Shown: positions 1 to 9,595 of the stretch, piece by piece
Position numbering within the stretch: the stretch's first letter is position 1
Layout of the letters: every line of letters starts with the position of its first letter
Assembly (NCBI GenBank): GCA_963717045.1
Contig: CAVQVD010000010.1
Span: forward strand, 406,255-470,254
DNA: 64,000 nucleotides
Direction: 5' to 3'
Origin: an uncultured delta proteobacterium
GTDB taxonomy: Bacteria > Desulfobacterota > Binatia > Binatales > Binataceae
Made by a program: the position numbers and the translations under genes
The notes under the pieces: generated by a model
Databases searched by the model: none
Seen by the model: only the letters and a program-made list of their open reading frames with translations
Told to the model about the DNA's origin: nothing

Positions 1-121
1 CGTCGTCGGATTCATCGGCCAGCGGCTCTCGGGCGGGGGTGGCGTACTGGCGGTTTTTTTCGAGCCAGGCGCGAAATTCGGATCGAAACGCCTCGTCTTC
101 GGGGCTGTAGTTGAAGTCCAT
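1..121 (-). CDS. acyl-CoA dehydrogenase, N-terminal fragment; the gene continues beyond the window start
   Basis: Reverse complement of 1-121 reads MDFNYSPEDEAFRSEFRAWLEKNRQYATP..., the typical acyl-CoA dehydrogenase N-terminus. ATG is the reverse complement of 119-121. Confidence 0.5.
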   Translation of the reverse strand, partial: MDFNYSPEDEAFRSEFRAWLEKNRQYATPAREPLADESDD

Positions 122-544
122 TGTCGGTCTGCTGCCTCCTTGCGCTGCGTGCCGGACGGCCTCTAAAAATTCATATCATAGCCGGCGGTTCAAAGCCCGG
201 TTGCAGCAGGCCGAGCGGCACTTTGTTCGAACTCCCTTCCCAAGACACGGGGGAGGGTCAGAAAGCATCTTGGCGCATAATCATAGAACATCTCAAAGTC
301 GCAGATTCTCGTCACTGCAAACGCCGCCGAAAGCGCAGCCGATTGACATCCTGGGGCCAATCGCGGAAAAAGAGCCAATACTGTGGGGACACACAGGCAG
401 CGAGATTTAGAGATAGTGGCCCAGCCCGAAAGGCCAAAGCGAAAATGCGAAATTCAGTCGGCTGCCGGCCGCGCTGTCCGAGGCCGAATCCCCAAGGACA
501 TGTTCGCCGCGCGCCGGATGGCGCGTTGACAAGGGAGAACCACG

Positions 545-928
545 ATGCGGTTTCTGCACACGATGATCCGGGTCAACGACCTAGACCAGACGCTGAAGTT
601 CTACTGCGACGCGATGGGCATGAAGCTGCTCAACCGCAAGGACTACCCTGACGGTAAATTCACCCTGGCCTTCGTCGGCTATGGCGACGAGAAGGACCAC
701 ACCGTCGTCGAACTAACCCATAACTGGGACACCAAAAGCTATGAGCAGGGTACCGCCTTCGGCCATCTAGCGGTCGGCGTGGACGACATCTACAAAACCT
801 GCGAGGAGCTCAAGCACAAAGGCGTGAAGGTCACTCGCGAACCCGGCCCGATGAAATTCGGCGGCGCGGTGATCGCCTTTGTCGAGGATCCCAACGGCTA
901 CAAGATCGAACTTATCGAGCGCAAGTAA
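545..928 (+). CDS. gloA: lactoylglutathione lyase (glyoxalase I)
   Basis: 127 aa, MRFLHTMIRVNDLDQTLKFY...HLAVGVDDIY...KIELIERK, closely matching GloA. GGGAG Shine-Dalgarno 7 nt upstream of the ATG. Confidence 0.9.
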   Translation: MRFLHTMIRVNDLDQTLKFYCDAMGMKLLNRKDYPDGKFTLAFVGYGDEKDHTVVELTHNWDTKSYEQGTAFGHLAVGVDDIYKTCEELKHKGVKVTREPGPMKFGGAVIAFVEDPNGYKIELIERK

Positions 929-987
929 GCGGCGCCCCGCGCGGCGGTAGAAGTCCGCCGGGAAGACGGCTCTGGAGGCACGGCGCG

Positions 988-2007
988 ATGAAGGCCGCGG
1001 TCTACAGGCGACAAAACGAAATGGCCGTGATCGATGTGCCCCGGCCCACGGCCGGGCCCGGCGAAGTTGTGCTCAAGGTCCATGCCTGCGGCATCTGCGG
1101 CTCCGACCTGCACGCGGTGCAGTACGGCTTCGGAATGCCGCCCGATTCGGTCATGGGGCACGAGTTCTGCGGTGAGATCGTCGAACTCGGACCGCAGGTC
1201 GGCGGTTACGCGATCGGCGATCGCGTGACCTCGCTTCCATATATCGGATGCAACACCTGCCCGCAGTGCGTTGCCGGCCACGGTATGCATTGCGAGAACA
1301 TCCGCGGACTCGGGCTGGGACAGCTCCCCGGCGCCTATGCCGAGTACGTGATGTGTGGTGCGAAGAGCCTATTCAAGCTGCCCGACAATGTGAGCTCGCA
1401 TCTCGGCGCGCTGGTCGAGCCGCTCTCGGTCGGATTGCATGGCGTCAACTGCTCCGGCCTGGCACCCGGCGCCGCATGCGTGGTGATGGGCGCCGGCCCG
1501 ATCGGGCTTGCTACGCTGCTGTGGTGTAAAGCCAAGGGCGCGTCGACTGTGATCGTCTCCGAGCTCGCGCGGGGCCGCGGCGAGCTTGCGAGCCGGCTCG
1601 GGGCGACCGAAGTCGTCAACCCCACCACCATGGATCCGGCCGAACGGATGCGCGAGCTCACCGGGCGCGATCCGGATCTGGTCTTCGAGTGCGTCGGCGT
1701 GAAATCGACGCTGGAGGCGGCAACGCGCTTGGTCGCGACGCTGGGGCGCGTGGTGGTGCTCGGAGTGTGCATGGAGCCGGATGAGATCACGCCGGTGCGA
1801 TGCGTCTTCAAGGAGGTCACCGTTAACTTCGTGCTCGGGTACAACGATGCGGAGTTCCAGGAGACGATCGACGCGCTGGCGAACGGCAGGATCGATCCGC
1901 TTCCGATGGTGACCGACGTGATCGGCGTCGAGCAGGTGCCCGAGATGTTCCATGCACTGCGCAAGCCGGGCACCCGCGCCAAAGTGATTGTCGAGTTTCC
2001 GCGTTAG
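988..2007 (+). CDS. Zn-dependent alcohol dehydrogenase (MDR superfamily; threonine/sorbitol dehydrogenase-like)
   Basis: 339 aa with GHEFCGEIVELG zinc motif, CxxCxxC structural-Zn cluster (CNTCPQCVAGHGMHC) and GAGPIG Rossmann motif. Confidence 0.85.
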   Translation: MKAAVYRRQNEMAVIDVPRPTAGPGEVVLKVHACGICGSDLHAVQYGFGMPPDSVMGHEFCGEIVELGPQVGGYAIGDRVTSLPYIGCNTCPQCVAGHGMHCENIRGLGLGQLPGAYAEYVMCGAKSLFKLPDNVSSHLGALVEPLSVGLHGVNCSGLAPGAACVVMGAGPIGLATLLWCKAKGASTVIVSELARGRGELASRLGATEVVNPTTMDPAERMRELTGRDPDLVFECVGVKSTLEAATRLVATLGRVVVLGVCMEPDEITPVRCVFKEVTVNFVLGYNDAEFQETIDALANGRIDPLPMVTDVIGVEQVPEMFHALRKPGTRAKVIVEFPR

Positions 2008-2142
2008 CCGCGTAAGTTTCGGGGCAGACCTTCGGATCGCGCGACCGAGCATCCGCCGCTCCCCAAGGCGTCTCGTCTTCCACACACACTATTCAGCAGC
2101 GTGATGAACCCGGCGTGCCGCTGTATCGATGTCGTCGGAAGG

Positions 2143-3054
2143 CTACGCCTTGGCGACGCCGAGGAACTCGGTGACAGCTTTCAGTGCGACCGGCTCGACC
2201 AGCGAGGGCGCGTGGGCGACGCCGGGAACTTCGACCAGACTGACGCCACGCTGCACCTTGACCATCCGCGCCGCGGTCTCGCGTGAGAGGATGTCGCTTT
2301 CGGCGCCGCGTACGATAAGGATCGGCGCCATCACGCGGTTGTAGGGCAGCCACAGATCGATCGGCCGCGCCGCGGAGCCGCCGCGCGGCGGACGGCGCAC
2401 CGCCGGATCCATCTTCCACGTAAGCTCGCCGTCCTCGGCCGGCTTGACCGACCATCGCACCCACTCCGTGAGCTCCGCGTCGGAGAGCGCCGCGGCCGGC
2501 GGATAGGTTGCGCGGTAATAAGCCCGAACCTCGGCCAGGTCCTTGAAGCGATCGGTCGCCTGGGAGACGTAGGCGATGATTCGCGTCAGGCCGGCCGGGT
2601 CGATCTCGGGTCCGATATCGTTGAGCACCAGGCGCTCGACTGTTTCCGGATAGCCGCCGGCGTACATCATCGAAATGACGCCACCCATCGAGGTTCCCAC
2701 CAGGCTCACGCGCTGGATCCCTAGCGTGTCCAGGAATTCCTTAAGGTCAGTGACGTAGACTTGCGGATTGTAGTCGAGCGGCGCACCCCATTCGCTCTCG
2801 CCGCGGCCGCGCACGTCGAGCGAGAGAACGCGGTAGCGCGACATCAGATACGGGGCCAGCGCGTCGAAGTTGTGCGCGTTGCCGGTCAGCCCGTGGATGC
2901 AGACCAGCACCGGCTTGCCCTCGCCACCGAAGTCCAGGTAGTGCAACTTGAGTCCGCCGGCGGTCAGAAACTTGTCCTCGGGCATCTGCTTGGGAGCTCC
3001 TCGCGGCGCCGCCGCGCTAGGTGAATTTCCTTCGATCCGCAATTCGGAATTCAA
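2143..3054 (-). CDS. alpha/beta-fold hydrolase
   Basis: 303 aa; HG oxyanion motif (VLVCIHGLTGNAHNF) and nucleophile elbow GTSMGG. The true start may be the internal M at MPEDKF. Confidence 0.8.
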   Translation of the reverse strand: MNSELRIEGNSPSAAAPRGAPKQMPEDKFLTAGGLKLHYLDFGGEGKPVLVCIHGLTGNAHNFDALAPYLMSRYRVLSLDVRGRGESEWGAPLDYNPQVYVTDLKEFLDTLGIQRVSLVGTSMGGVISMMYAGGYPETVERLVLNDIGPEIDPAGLTRIIAYVSQATDRFKDLAEVRAYYRATYPPAAALSDAELTEWVRWSVKPAEDGELTWKMDPAVRRPPRGGSAARPIDLWLPYNRVMAPILIVRGAESDILSRETAARMVKVQRGVSLVEVPGVAHAPSLVEPVALKAVTEFLGVAKA

Positions 3055-3193
3055 ACTTTTGCGTCAACAAGTTCCGCGCGAGAATGAATCTGACGAAGCT
3101 AAGACTCTTGAGTAATCGCGTGGCGATTTCAAGCAGCTTTTAGACTCAGGCGGACTTTTCTCGGCGGCGGCGCACCTGATCGGATACGGCCGG

Positions 3194-3883
3194 TTAGCGC
3201 ACGGGGCCGTGGCCGGCGCCGTTGTCCTCCTGATCGGGGGCCGGCTTATCGCCCTGCACCAGGGCGAGCAATTGATCGGTAACGATTATGAGGCGTCGGC
3301 CGTCCCGAATTATAACTCCCGTGCGCTCGAATTCGCTGAGCTGCTCGGTTATTCGCTGACGCGACGCGCCAACCAGTTCGGCCAAATCGCTGTGTGTCAG
3401 CTTCAAGGTTAGTAGCCTGCCGCGCGCATCTTCGACGCCGAACTTGCTTGCGACTTCCAGAAGCGCTCCCGCCAGCCGCTCGCGTAACGCCAGCCCAAGG
3501 AAATTCGTGTAACGGAGCAGCATCGACCACCAGCGTCCCACCGTGACGTCCAGCATCCGGCTCAAGGCCTCGAGCCGTACGCCAAGCGCCGCGTCAACGA
3601 AGTCCTGTGCGCTGATGATGCCGACCACGCAGTCGCTGAACGCGTCGCATCGAAAGGGCCGCTTGGCTACGGTCAGCAGGGAGGAGACGCCGAAAATCTC
3701 ACCCGGGCCGACCAGGGAGACCAGGATACGTTCGCTCGCGTTCAGAAAAGTCAGCTTGGCCACGCCCGAGAGCAGCAGGAAGACGTGGTCTGCGTCCTCG
3801 CCCTCGAAAAAAATCGTTTCGTTCCGCCGGACTCGGCGCGTCAGTGTCGCGGTGGAGAGCTTTGCGAGCTGCGACTCTGACAT
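3194..3883 (-). CDS. Crp/Fnr-family transcriptional regulator (cNMP-binding domain plus C-terminal HTH)
   Basis: cNMP-binding core (RRNETIFFEGEDADHVFLLLSGVAKL) and HTH (SDLAELVGASRQRITEQLSEFERTGVI). The ORF is open to 4168 (324 aa); the canonical ~228-aa protein would start at ATG 3883 (MSESQLAKLS). Confidence 0.7.
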   Translation of the reverse strand: MSESQLAKLSTATLTRRVRRNETIFFEGEDADHVFLLLSGVAKLTFLNASERILVSLVGPGEIFGVSSLLTVAKRPFRCDAFSDCVVGIISAQDFVDAALGVRLEALSRMLDVTVGRWWSMLLRYTNFLGLALRERLAGALLEVASKFGVEDARGRLLTLKLTHSDLAELVGASRQRITEQLSEFERTGVIIRDGRRLIIVTDQLLALVQGDKPAPDQEDNGAGHGPVR

Positions 3884-4501
3884 CCAACCGAGCGTGCGCA
3901 GCCGGCCGAGCAGCTTCTGTTGTGAGATTTCGGCGCCCACTCTCCACTGGTTAGCACAAGCGACGGCGATGTCACCAAAGCGACCAAAAGCGAGGGTTGG
4001 AAGTGGATCGATCGGCGCTTTGGTCGCGCCTGCGACAACCGTTAACAAAGCTAATGTTGCTAATGCGAAGATAACAGTTAAACTTTCCATAATGAGATCC
4101 GAGATCGAGCAACCCGTGAATCCTGCGTTTTGCAATCGGAACCTCATTCCCTCGAGTCGCGTTAACAACGAGTCATCCCGATGTCATCTGAGTACCCCGG
4201 GAATGAATGCTCAAAGCGGCGGCATGCGCGCGCTCAATGGGCAGATTAGATCGCGGTAAGCGGGAATCGTGAGACAAAAGGGCTTGGGATTACTGGCATA
4301 AATGCTGCTTTAGAGTAGACGCAGAATAGAGTCGAGCCGCATCTAAATCCCTGAAGCTTTGCAAGTAGATCGCAGGTTCATTCTACAAAGTTAGTTGATC
4401 GATTAACTGGGTGCCTACCCGGTACCGACCGTTTAGCCCTGCTGACTGCAGGGAATCAACCGGCGAACGTCGGTGACGTTTTTCAGGAGAAAAGGGATAA
4501 C

Positions 4502-5041
4502 GTGAAATTTTTTGATCAGTGGAACAAGTTTAGCGAGGCGATGCTCGAGATGCCGTTCGTGGCCGTCAGAAGCTTCTTCGCGCAGGGGCGCGAACAGGAA
4601 AGCGAACCGAGCGCCGAGGAGCAACTGCGGCGGGCGGGATGGAAGGCCTACGACGCCTGGATGGAACTGCTGGGTGAGTCTGCCAACGGCCTCTACGCGA
4701 GTCCTGAAGTTGGAGCTTCGGTGGGTCGCTCGATGGAATCCTCGCTCAAGTGGCAGCGCTTTGGCTCGGCGATGACAGGGGCGTTTTTCGCTTCGCTGTG
4801 GCCGGCGGTGGGGCTGCCTTCAGCAGCCGAGTTGACCGAACTGCGCGCCGAAGTGGGGGCGCTTCGCGACGACCTGGCGATGGCTCGCCTGGAAGCCGAG
4901 GAAGCGCGCGCTGCGGAAGCCCTGCTGCCGGTGGGCGAACATCAGTTGGGCGATCAGCTTACTGCGATGTGGAACGGCGGATGGAGTCCGGCGGTAGCGC
5001 CGTTCGTCCGCAAGCGAGGCGATGATGCCCCAGCCAACTAA
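4502..5041 (+). CDS. PHA synthase second subunit, PhaE/PhaR-like (class III/IV)
   Basis: 179 aa, W-rich N-terminus (FFDQWNKF..WKAYDAWMEL) and coiled-coil C-terminus. Overlaps phaC by 20 bp. Confidence 0.5.
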   Translation: MKFFDQWNKFSEAMLEMPFVAVRSFFAQGREQESEPSAEEQLRRAGWKAYDAWMELLGESANGLYASPEVGASVGRSMESSLKWQRFGSAMTGAFFASLWPAVGLPSAAELTELRAEVGALRDDLAMARLEAEEARAAEALLPVGEHQLGDQLTAMWNGGWSPAVAPFVRKRGDDAPAN

Positions 5042-6107
5042 CACGCCGTTCAACGCGATTGCTGGCTATTGGGTCGACGGCGCGATGCGCTCGCTTGACG
5101 GTTTCAAAAAGGGCGCGCACGCGACCGTGAGCGATCCGCCGCCGGTAACGCCGTACCGGGTGGTCTTCGAGACCGGCAAGGTCCAGCTGCGACATTACGC
5201 GGCCGCCGGCGACCACGCCCATCGCACGCCGATCGTGCTGGTTTACGCACTCATCAAGCGGCCCTTCGTGCTCGACATGCAAAAGGGCCGCAGCGTGGTC
5301 GAATATCTCACGGGCGCGGGCTTCGATGTCTATCTCACCGACTGGCTGCCGCCCAATCCGACCGATACCTGGCGCGGCTTCGACGCCTACGTCAACGGCG
5401 ATCTGGACAAGGCGGTGCGTTTCGTGCGGGCGATTACACGCAGCGCGCAGGTGACGGTACTGGGCTATTGCTTCGGCGCTTTGCTGAGCCTCGTCTACAC
5501 CGCGCTTCATCCCGAGAACGTGCGCAATCTGATTACCGCGACCACTCCGTTCGACATGGGCGTGCGCGAGCTGCCCATCTACAACTTCGTCGAGCAGATG
5601 AGCGAGGAGACGATGGAGCTGGTCACGCGCGTGCACGGCAACTGCCCGGCATGGATGGTGCAGTCGTTTTTCACCGCGATGGCCCCGGCGCATCACGCGA
5701 TCGACAAATACGTCGGCCTCTATCGCAATGCCGAGCGCGACGGCTATGCCGAGCAGTTCGATCTGTTCGAGCGCTGGATGAGCAGTGACGTGGCGATGGC
5801 CGGACGAATCTTCCGGGAAATGTCAGGCGATATCTTCAAGCGCAACCTGCTCGCGCGCGGTGGGTTCGAGGTCGGCGGACGCAAGGTAGAAGTCGAAGAA
5901 ATCAGATGCTCGCTGCTAAACGTGGTGGCCGACCACGACGACGTGGTGCATCCGAGCTCGAGTCTCGGACTGGTCGACCGCGTGGGCAGCGGTGACCGGC
6001 GCAATCTGACCTTCCCGACCGGACACGTGGGCGCGATGGTAAGCGGCGCGGCTCACAAAAAACTGTGGCCTCAAATTGGCGCATGGCTGGGAGAGCGATC
6101 GAATTGA
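5022..6107 (+). CDS. phaC: poly(3-hydroxyalkanoate) synthase catalytic subunit PhaC (class III/IV-type, ~360 aa)
   Basis: 361 aa; lipase-box GYCFGA (Cys nucleophile). Size and motifs match class III/IV PhaC. Confidence 0.85.
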   Translation: MMPQPTNTPFNAIAGYWVDGAMRSLDGFKKGAHATVSDPPPVTPYRVVFETGKVQLRHYAAAGDHAHRTPIVLVYALIKRPFVLDMQKGRSVVEYLTGAGFDVYLTDWLPPNPTDTWRGFDAYVNGDLDKAVRFVRAITRSAQVTVLGYCFGALLSLVYTALHPENVRNLITATTPFDMGVRELPIYNFVEQMSEETMELVTRVHGNCPAWMVQSFFTAMAPAHHAIDKYVGLYRNAERDGYAEQFDLFERWMSSDVAMAGRIFREMSGDIFKRNLLARGGFEVGGRKVEVEEIRCSLLNVVADHDDVVHPSSSLGLVDRVGSGDRRNLTFPTGHVGAMVSGAAHKKLWPQIGAWLGERSN

Positions 6108-6259
6108 TTAAGAAAAATAAGGGCAAGCGTAACGGAGAAGCCCATACGGCCGAGAATGTCGCGCGCGCGACGAAGCACGCCGTATCTACGGCGAATTCAT
6201 GGTTAAATTCAAACGCGACGGAGCATAGCTCCCAAAAGGATGAACGGAGGAGATTTCTG

Positions 6260-6526
6260 ATGTCAGAAAAAGAACAGAGCGGAGTGTACGAGGGACTTTC
6301 ACGTATGGCGGAGACGTGCCTCAATCCGGCGGGCGCCAAAAAGGCGGTCGCGTGGTATATCGACACTACCGAGAAGCTCGCGACCCAGGCGCTCGACTTC
6401 CAGGTCAAGGCCACCGAGTGGGCCAAGGAAACGCCGATATATCCGTTGTTCGAGGCCCAGCAGACGATCGGCCGCAAGCTGGTCGAGCAAAGCGTCAATA
6501 CCGCTCGTTCGCTCTGGCGGCTATAG
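6260..6526 (+). CDS. phasin-like PHA granule-associated protein (small helical)
   Basis: Downstream of phaC. ORF 6065-6526; the likely start is ATG 6260 (MSEKEQSGVYEG...). Helical and Ala/Glu/Lys-rich. A strong terminator follows. Confidence 0.4.
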   Translation: MSEKEQSGVYEGLSRMAETCLNPAGAKKAVAWYIDTTEKLATQALDFQVKATEWAKETPIYPLFEAQQTIGRKLVEQSVNTARSLWRL

Positions 6527-6596
6527 AGAGCGCTTCACCATCGAAACGGCGGCGCATGTTGTGAGCCGCTTCGATGATAACGGAGCCTGATTTGCA

Positions 6597-6636
6597 GGCG
6601 GCTCGCGCGTCGGACGCGCGAGCCGCCTTTTGCTAT
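6597..6636 (+). terminator. Rho-independent terminator after the PHA locus
   Basis: GGCGGCTCGCGCG-tcgga-CGCGCGAGCCGCC, a perfect 13-bp stem, followed by TTTTGCTATTT. Confidence 0.75.
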
Positions 6637-6753
6637 TTCCGAGGTGACACGCCTGCACTCATATCCCGGGGAGAGCGCGGTGCATGTCTCGGGTTATGGT
6701 ATGGTCTCTGCTTCCTTTTGTGCGTCTAATGATGCAGTGGCTGGCGGGGGGAT

Positions 6754-6784
6754 GAATACTCCATGAAATACTCGAAGAATACTC
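6754..6784 (+). promoter_or_regulatory. three direct repeats (G/A)AATACTC spaced 11-12 bp in the intergenic region upstream of the HAD hydrolase gene
   Basis: gAATACTCcatgaAATACTCgaagAATACTC in a locally AT-richer stretch. Confidence 0.3.
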
Positions 6785-6896
6785 ATTGCCGATTCTGCTT
6801 GCTGTCGTGAATAATCAAATTCCCGGCGCTATCATGATATCCTGTTGAGCTCGGGTCTTCGGGTAACTCTGTTGACGTATCAATTGGTTAGATGCA

Positions 6897-7712
6897 GTGA
6901 AGCATTATTTACTGGCAAGTGATTTCGACCAGACGCTCAGTTTCAACGATTCCGGTATCGCGCTGAGCGAGCTGCTGGGTATTACCGGCTTCAAGGACAA
7001 GGTGGCCGGCCTTTCGCGGCTCAACCTGGTCCAGCAGGGAGGCGAACTTGCGTATCTTTTGCGACACGATCCCGAGTACCGATGCGTGCGGCGACAGGAT
7101 CTGGCCGAGGTCGGCCGCCGCGTCCGCCTCAAGCGCAACATTCCGCTGCTGAGTCGGCTCCTCGAAAATGGAATCGAGGGCCATCGGTTCGACTTCTATG
7201 TCATCTCCGCAGCCCCTGAGGAGGTCGTGCGTTCCGCGTTGCAGGGGATCGTGTCGCCGGATCACGTCATCGGCACCCGGCTTGGCTATGCGGCGGAATC
7301 GGGCGAGATCGAATCGGTCGTGCGGGTTGCCGCGGGTTATGGCAAGGTGGCGGCGATCGACGAGTTGCGCCTTGCGCTGGGGGTGCCGAGCGATCGTGTG
7401 ATCTATGTGGGTGATGGAAGTTCGGACATCCACGTCATGCTCGAGGTGAACCATCGCGGCGGATTCACGATCGCGGCCTCCGAGGCCAAGTACATAACGC
7501 AGATCGCCAAGCGGACAATAATCAGCGACGATGCGTTGAGCGTGCTGGTGCCGATCCTGGAACAGATCGGCGGCTGGACTCCGGAACGGATCCGCGAACT
7601 GTTCGAGTCGCATGGGGTGCTGATTCAGCAGTGGGACAAGGTTCGCACCGACTGGCTGACAATAGGCGATAGTTCGACGGAGGCGAGAGCAAGAAGGCCA
7701 AGCTGGCAATGA
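6897..7712 (+). CDS. HAD-superfamily hydrolase (phosphatase-like)
   Basis: GTG start; motif I DFDQT (DxDxT) near the N-terminus and motif IV VGDGSSD. Confidence 0.75.
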   Translation: MKHYLLASDFDQTLSFNDSGIALSELLGITGFKDKVAGLSRLNLVQQGGELAYLLRHDPEYRCVRRQDLAEVGRRVRLKRNIPLLSRLLENGIEGHRFDFYVISAAPEEVVRSALQGIVSPDHVIGTRLGYAAESGEIESVVRVAAGYGKVAAIDELRLALGVPSDRVIYVGDGSSDIHVMLEVNHRGGFTIAASEAKYITQIAKRTIISDDALSVLVPILEQIGGWTPERIRELFESHGVLIQQWDKVRTDWLTIGDSSTEARARRPSWQ

Positions 7713-7827
7713 TGAAAATTCGCGCGACGAGATGCCATCGAGGGAGGCGCGAATGAGGAACGATCGGTCGTCGCTCAGCTGAATCGTCTCACGCGATTCA
7801 GGGCGGATCCCTGAGGGGAACTCGATT

Positions 7828-8670
7828 GTGCAACGGGAGGAATCGGTGATCGCGGAAAACTTTGCTCAGAGTAAGGACGGAACCAGGATCCATTATGAGA
7901 TTCGGGGCCAGGGCGATCCACTCGCGCTCATTTTTGGCTACGCCGGGTCGAGTCGCGGATGGGGTGAGCCATTCCTGAAGCTGCTCGAGACGCATTTTAA
8001 AATCGTGGTGATCGACAACCGCGGCACTGGCGCTAGCGATAAACCCGAAAAGCCATTCTCGCTGGCCGAGATGGCCGCCGACGTGGTCGCTGTGCTGGAC
8101 CACGCCAAAATCGAGCGTGCGCACGTGATGGGCATCTCGATGGGCGGGATGATTGCGCAGGAGTTTGCGCTCGACTATCCCGCGCGCCTGCGCGGCCTAG
8201 TGCTGGGATGCACGGTCTGCGGCCCGAGTCATGGCGTGGCGGGCGATCCCGAGGCGCTCGGCGCGCTTCAGCTAAAACCCGGCGAACCACTGGCTTCACA
8301 AATCCAGCGCCTGTTCGCCGCCTGCTGCGCCCCCGCATTCGTCGCATCGGCCAGGGGACTGGCGGTGCTCATGGAGCGGACGGCGGAAGTGATGAATTAT
8401 CCGACGACCCCGCTCCACACCTACCAGCTGCATTGGGGGGCCATCGGAGGTTTCGATACCTACGATCGGCTGCCCGAGGTCAAAGCTCCAACGCTGGTTA
8501 TTACAGGCACCGCAGATCGTCTGGTTCCCGACGCCAATTCCGACATCATCAAGGAACGTATCCCGGGCGCGCGTATACATAAGATACCTGGCGCGGGTCA
8601 CGTCTTCTTCTGGGAGGAGCCGGAGGAGACCGCGGAGGAAGTCACGAAATTCCTCTCCGCGGCGACTTAG
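7828..8670 (+). CDS. alpha/beta-fold hydrolase
   Basis: 280 aa, GTG start; GISMGG nucleophile elbow and C-terminal GAGH. Confidence 0.8.
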   Translation: MQREESVIAENFAQSKDGTRIHYEIRGQGDPLALIFGYAGSSRGWGEPFLKLLETHFKIVVIDNRGTGASDKPEKPFSLAEMAADVVAVLDHAKIERAHVMGISMGGMIAQEFALDYPARLRGLVLGCTVCGPSHGVAGDPEALGALQLKPGEPLASQIQRLFAACCAPAFVASARGLAVLMERTAEVMNYPTTPLHTYQLHWGAIGGFDTYDRLPEVKAPTLVITGTADRLVPDANSDIIKERIPGARIHKIPGAGHVFFWEEPEETAEEVTKFLSAAT

Positions 8671-9595
8671 CTCGACGCAAAGGAGATCCGAAACATCCGC
8701 TTGCGTTTTACCACTGAAGCATCCAAGCGCACGCTTTGTTGCAGTTCAACACGCAGATACATTGCGCACTAGGAGCATGCACGTTTCAAAGCGCTAAAAG
8801 CAAAACTTGAGTACATAAGCTGTTATGCTGCCCTATGGCATATCAATTGCGTTCCTGCACCTGCGGGGGGCGGGGCAGGAGCGGAAGATCTCCAGGGCGA
8901 TGACCCCAGGTGGTGCTTGGTGGACATACAACGCTTGATTAATGTTTCGGATCCGGAAATGGACATGAACCGGGCCATCGGGCGTGGACCGCGCGTGCGC
9001 ATGTCGCGGCTGGTCGCGGCGCTCAGATGGCTTGCGCCCGGACTCTATGCGATGGAAACGCCGCGGCGCTCGGTGGACCGCGAGCTCGAGCAGTTCTCCT
9101 CGCCTTGGGAGTAGGTTTGCTGCGCACATCCCCGTAGCCTCGCATCAATAGCGAGGTTGGCGCGGCCGTGGCCGCCGAGAGCCCGCGGCCAAACGTCTCC
9201 ACGCTGAACCATCGACAACACGTCGACGAGATACAACCGCACAATCGACTCCGGCACTTCGGTTCCAGCCTAAAAGCGCCGGTCGGCGCCTCGTGCGCGG
9301 CGGACGCCGAATGGAAGATATCAATACGCTCTTCCCGGTCGCTCCCGCCTGCGCCGCGTTCGCTAGCGTCAGACCGGCAATTCGCCGTCGCCTGATTTTT
9401 GCCACTTCATAAATCGGTACCTGATTCGGTACCGCGACCGTATCCACGGCGTCCAGCGACTCTCCGCAAATGGCGGCTTTTTTCGTTCGCGCGGAAATCG
9501 ATTGCGCGCTTTCTCTGCATATTCGAGTGGCATCATTGTTGCCCTTGTGCCACAGGCGAGGGCGGGCCGAACCGGCGCGCAAATAGCAACCTGAT

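Noticed and set aside
527-532. TTGACA hexamer upstream of gloA
   Set aside because: It lies only 13 nt before the start codon, within the Shine-Dalgarno region, so it cannot be the -35 box of this gene's promoter.
1335-2085. 215- and 238-aa minus-strand ORFs
   Set aside because: Antisense to the Zn-dependent alcohol dehydrogenase, which has unambiguous motifs; spurious.
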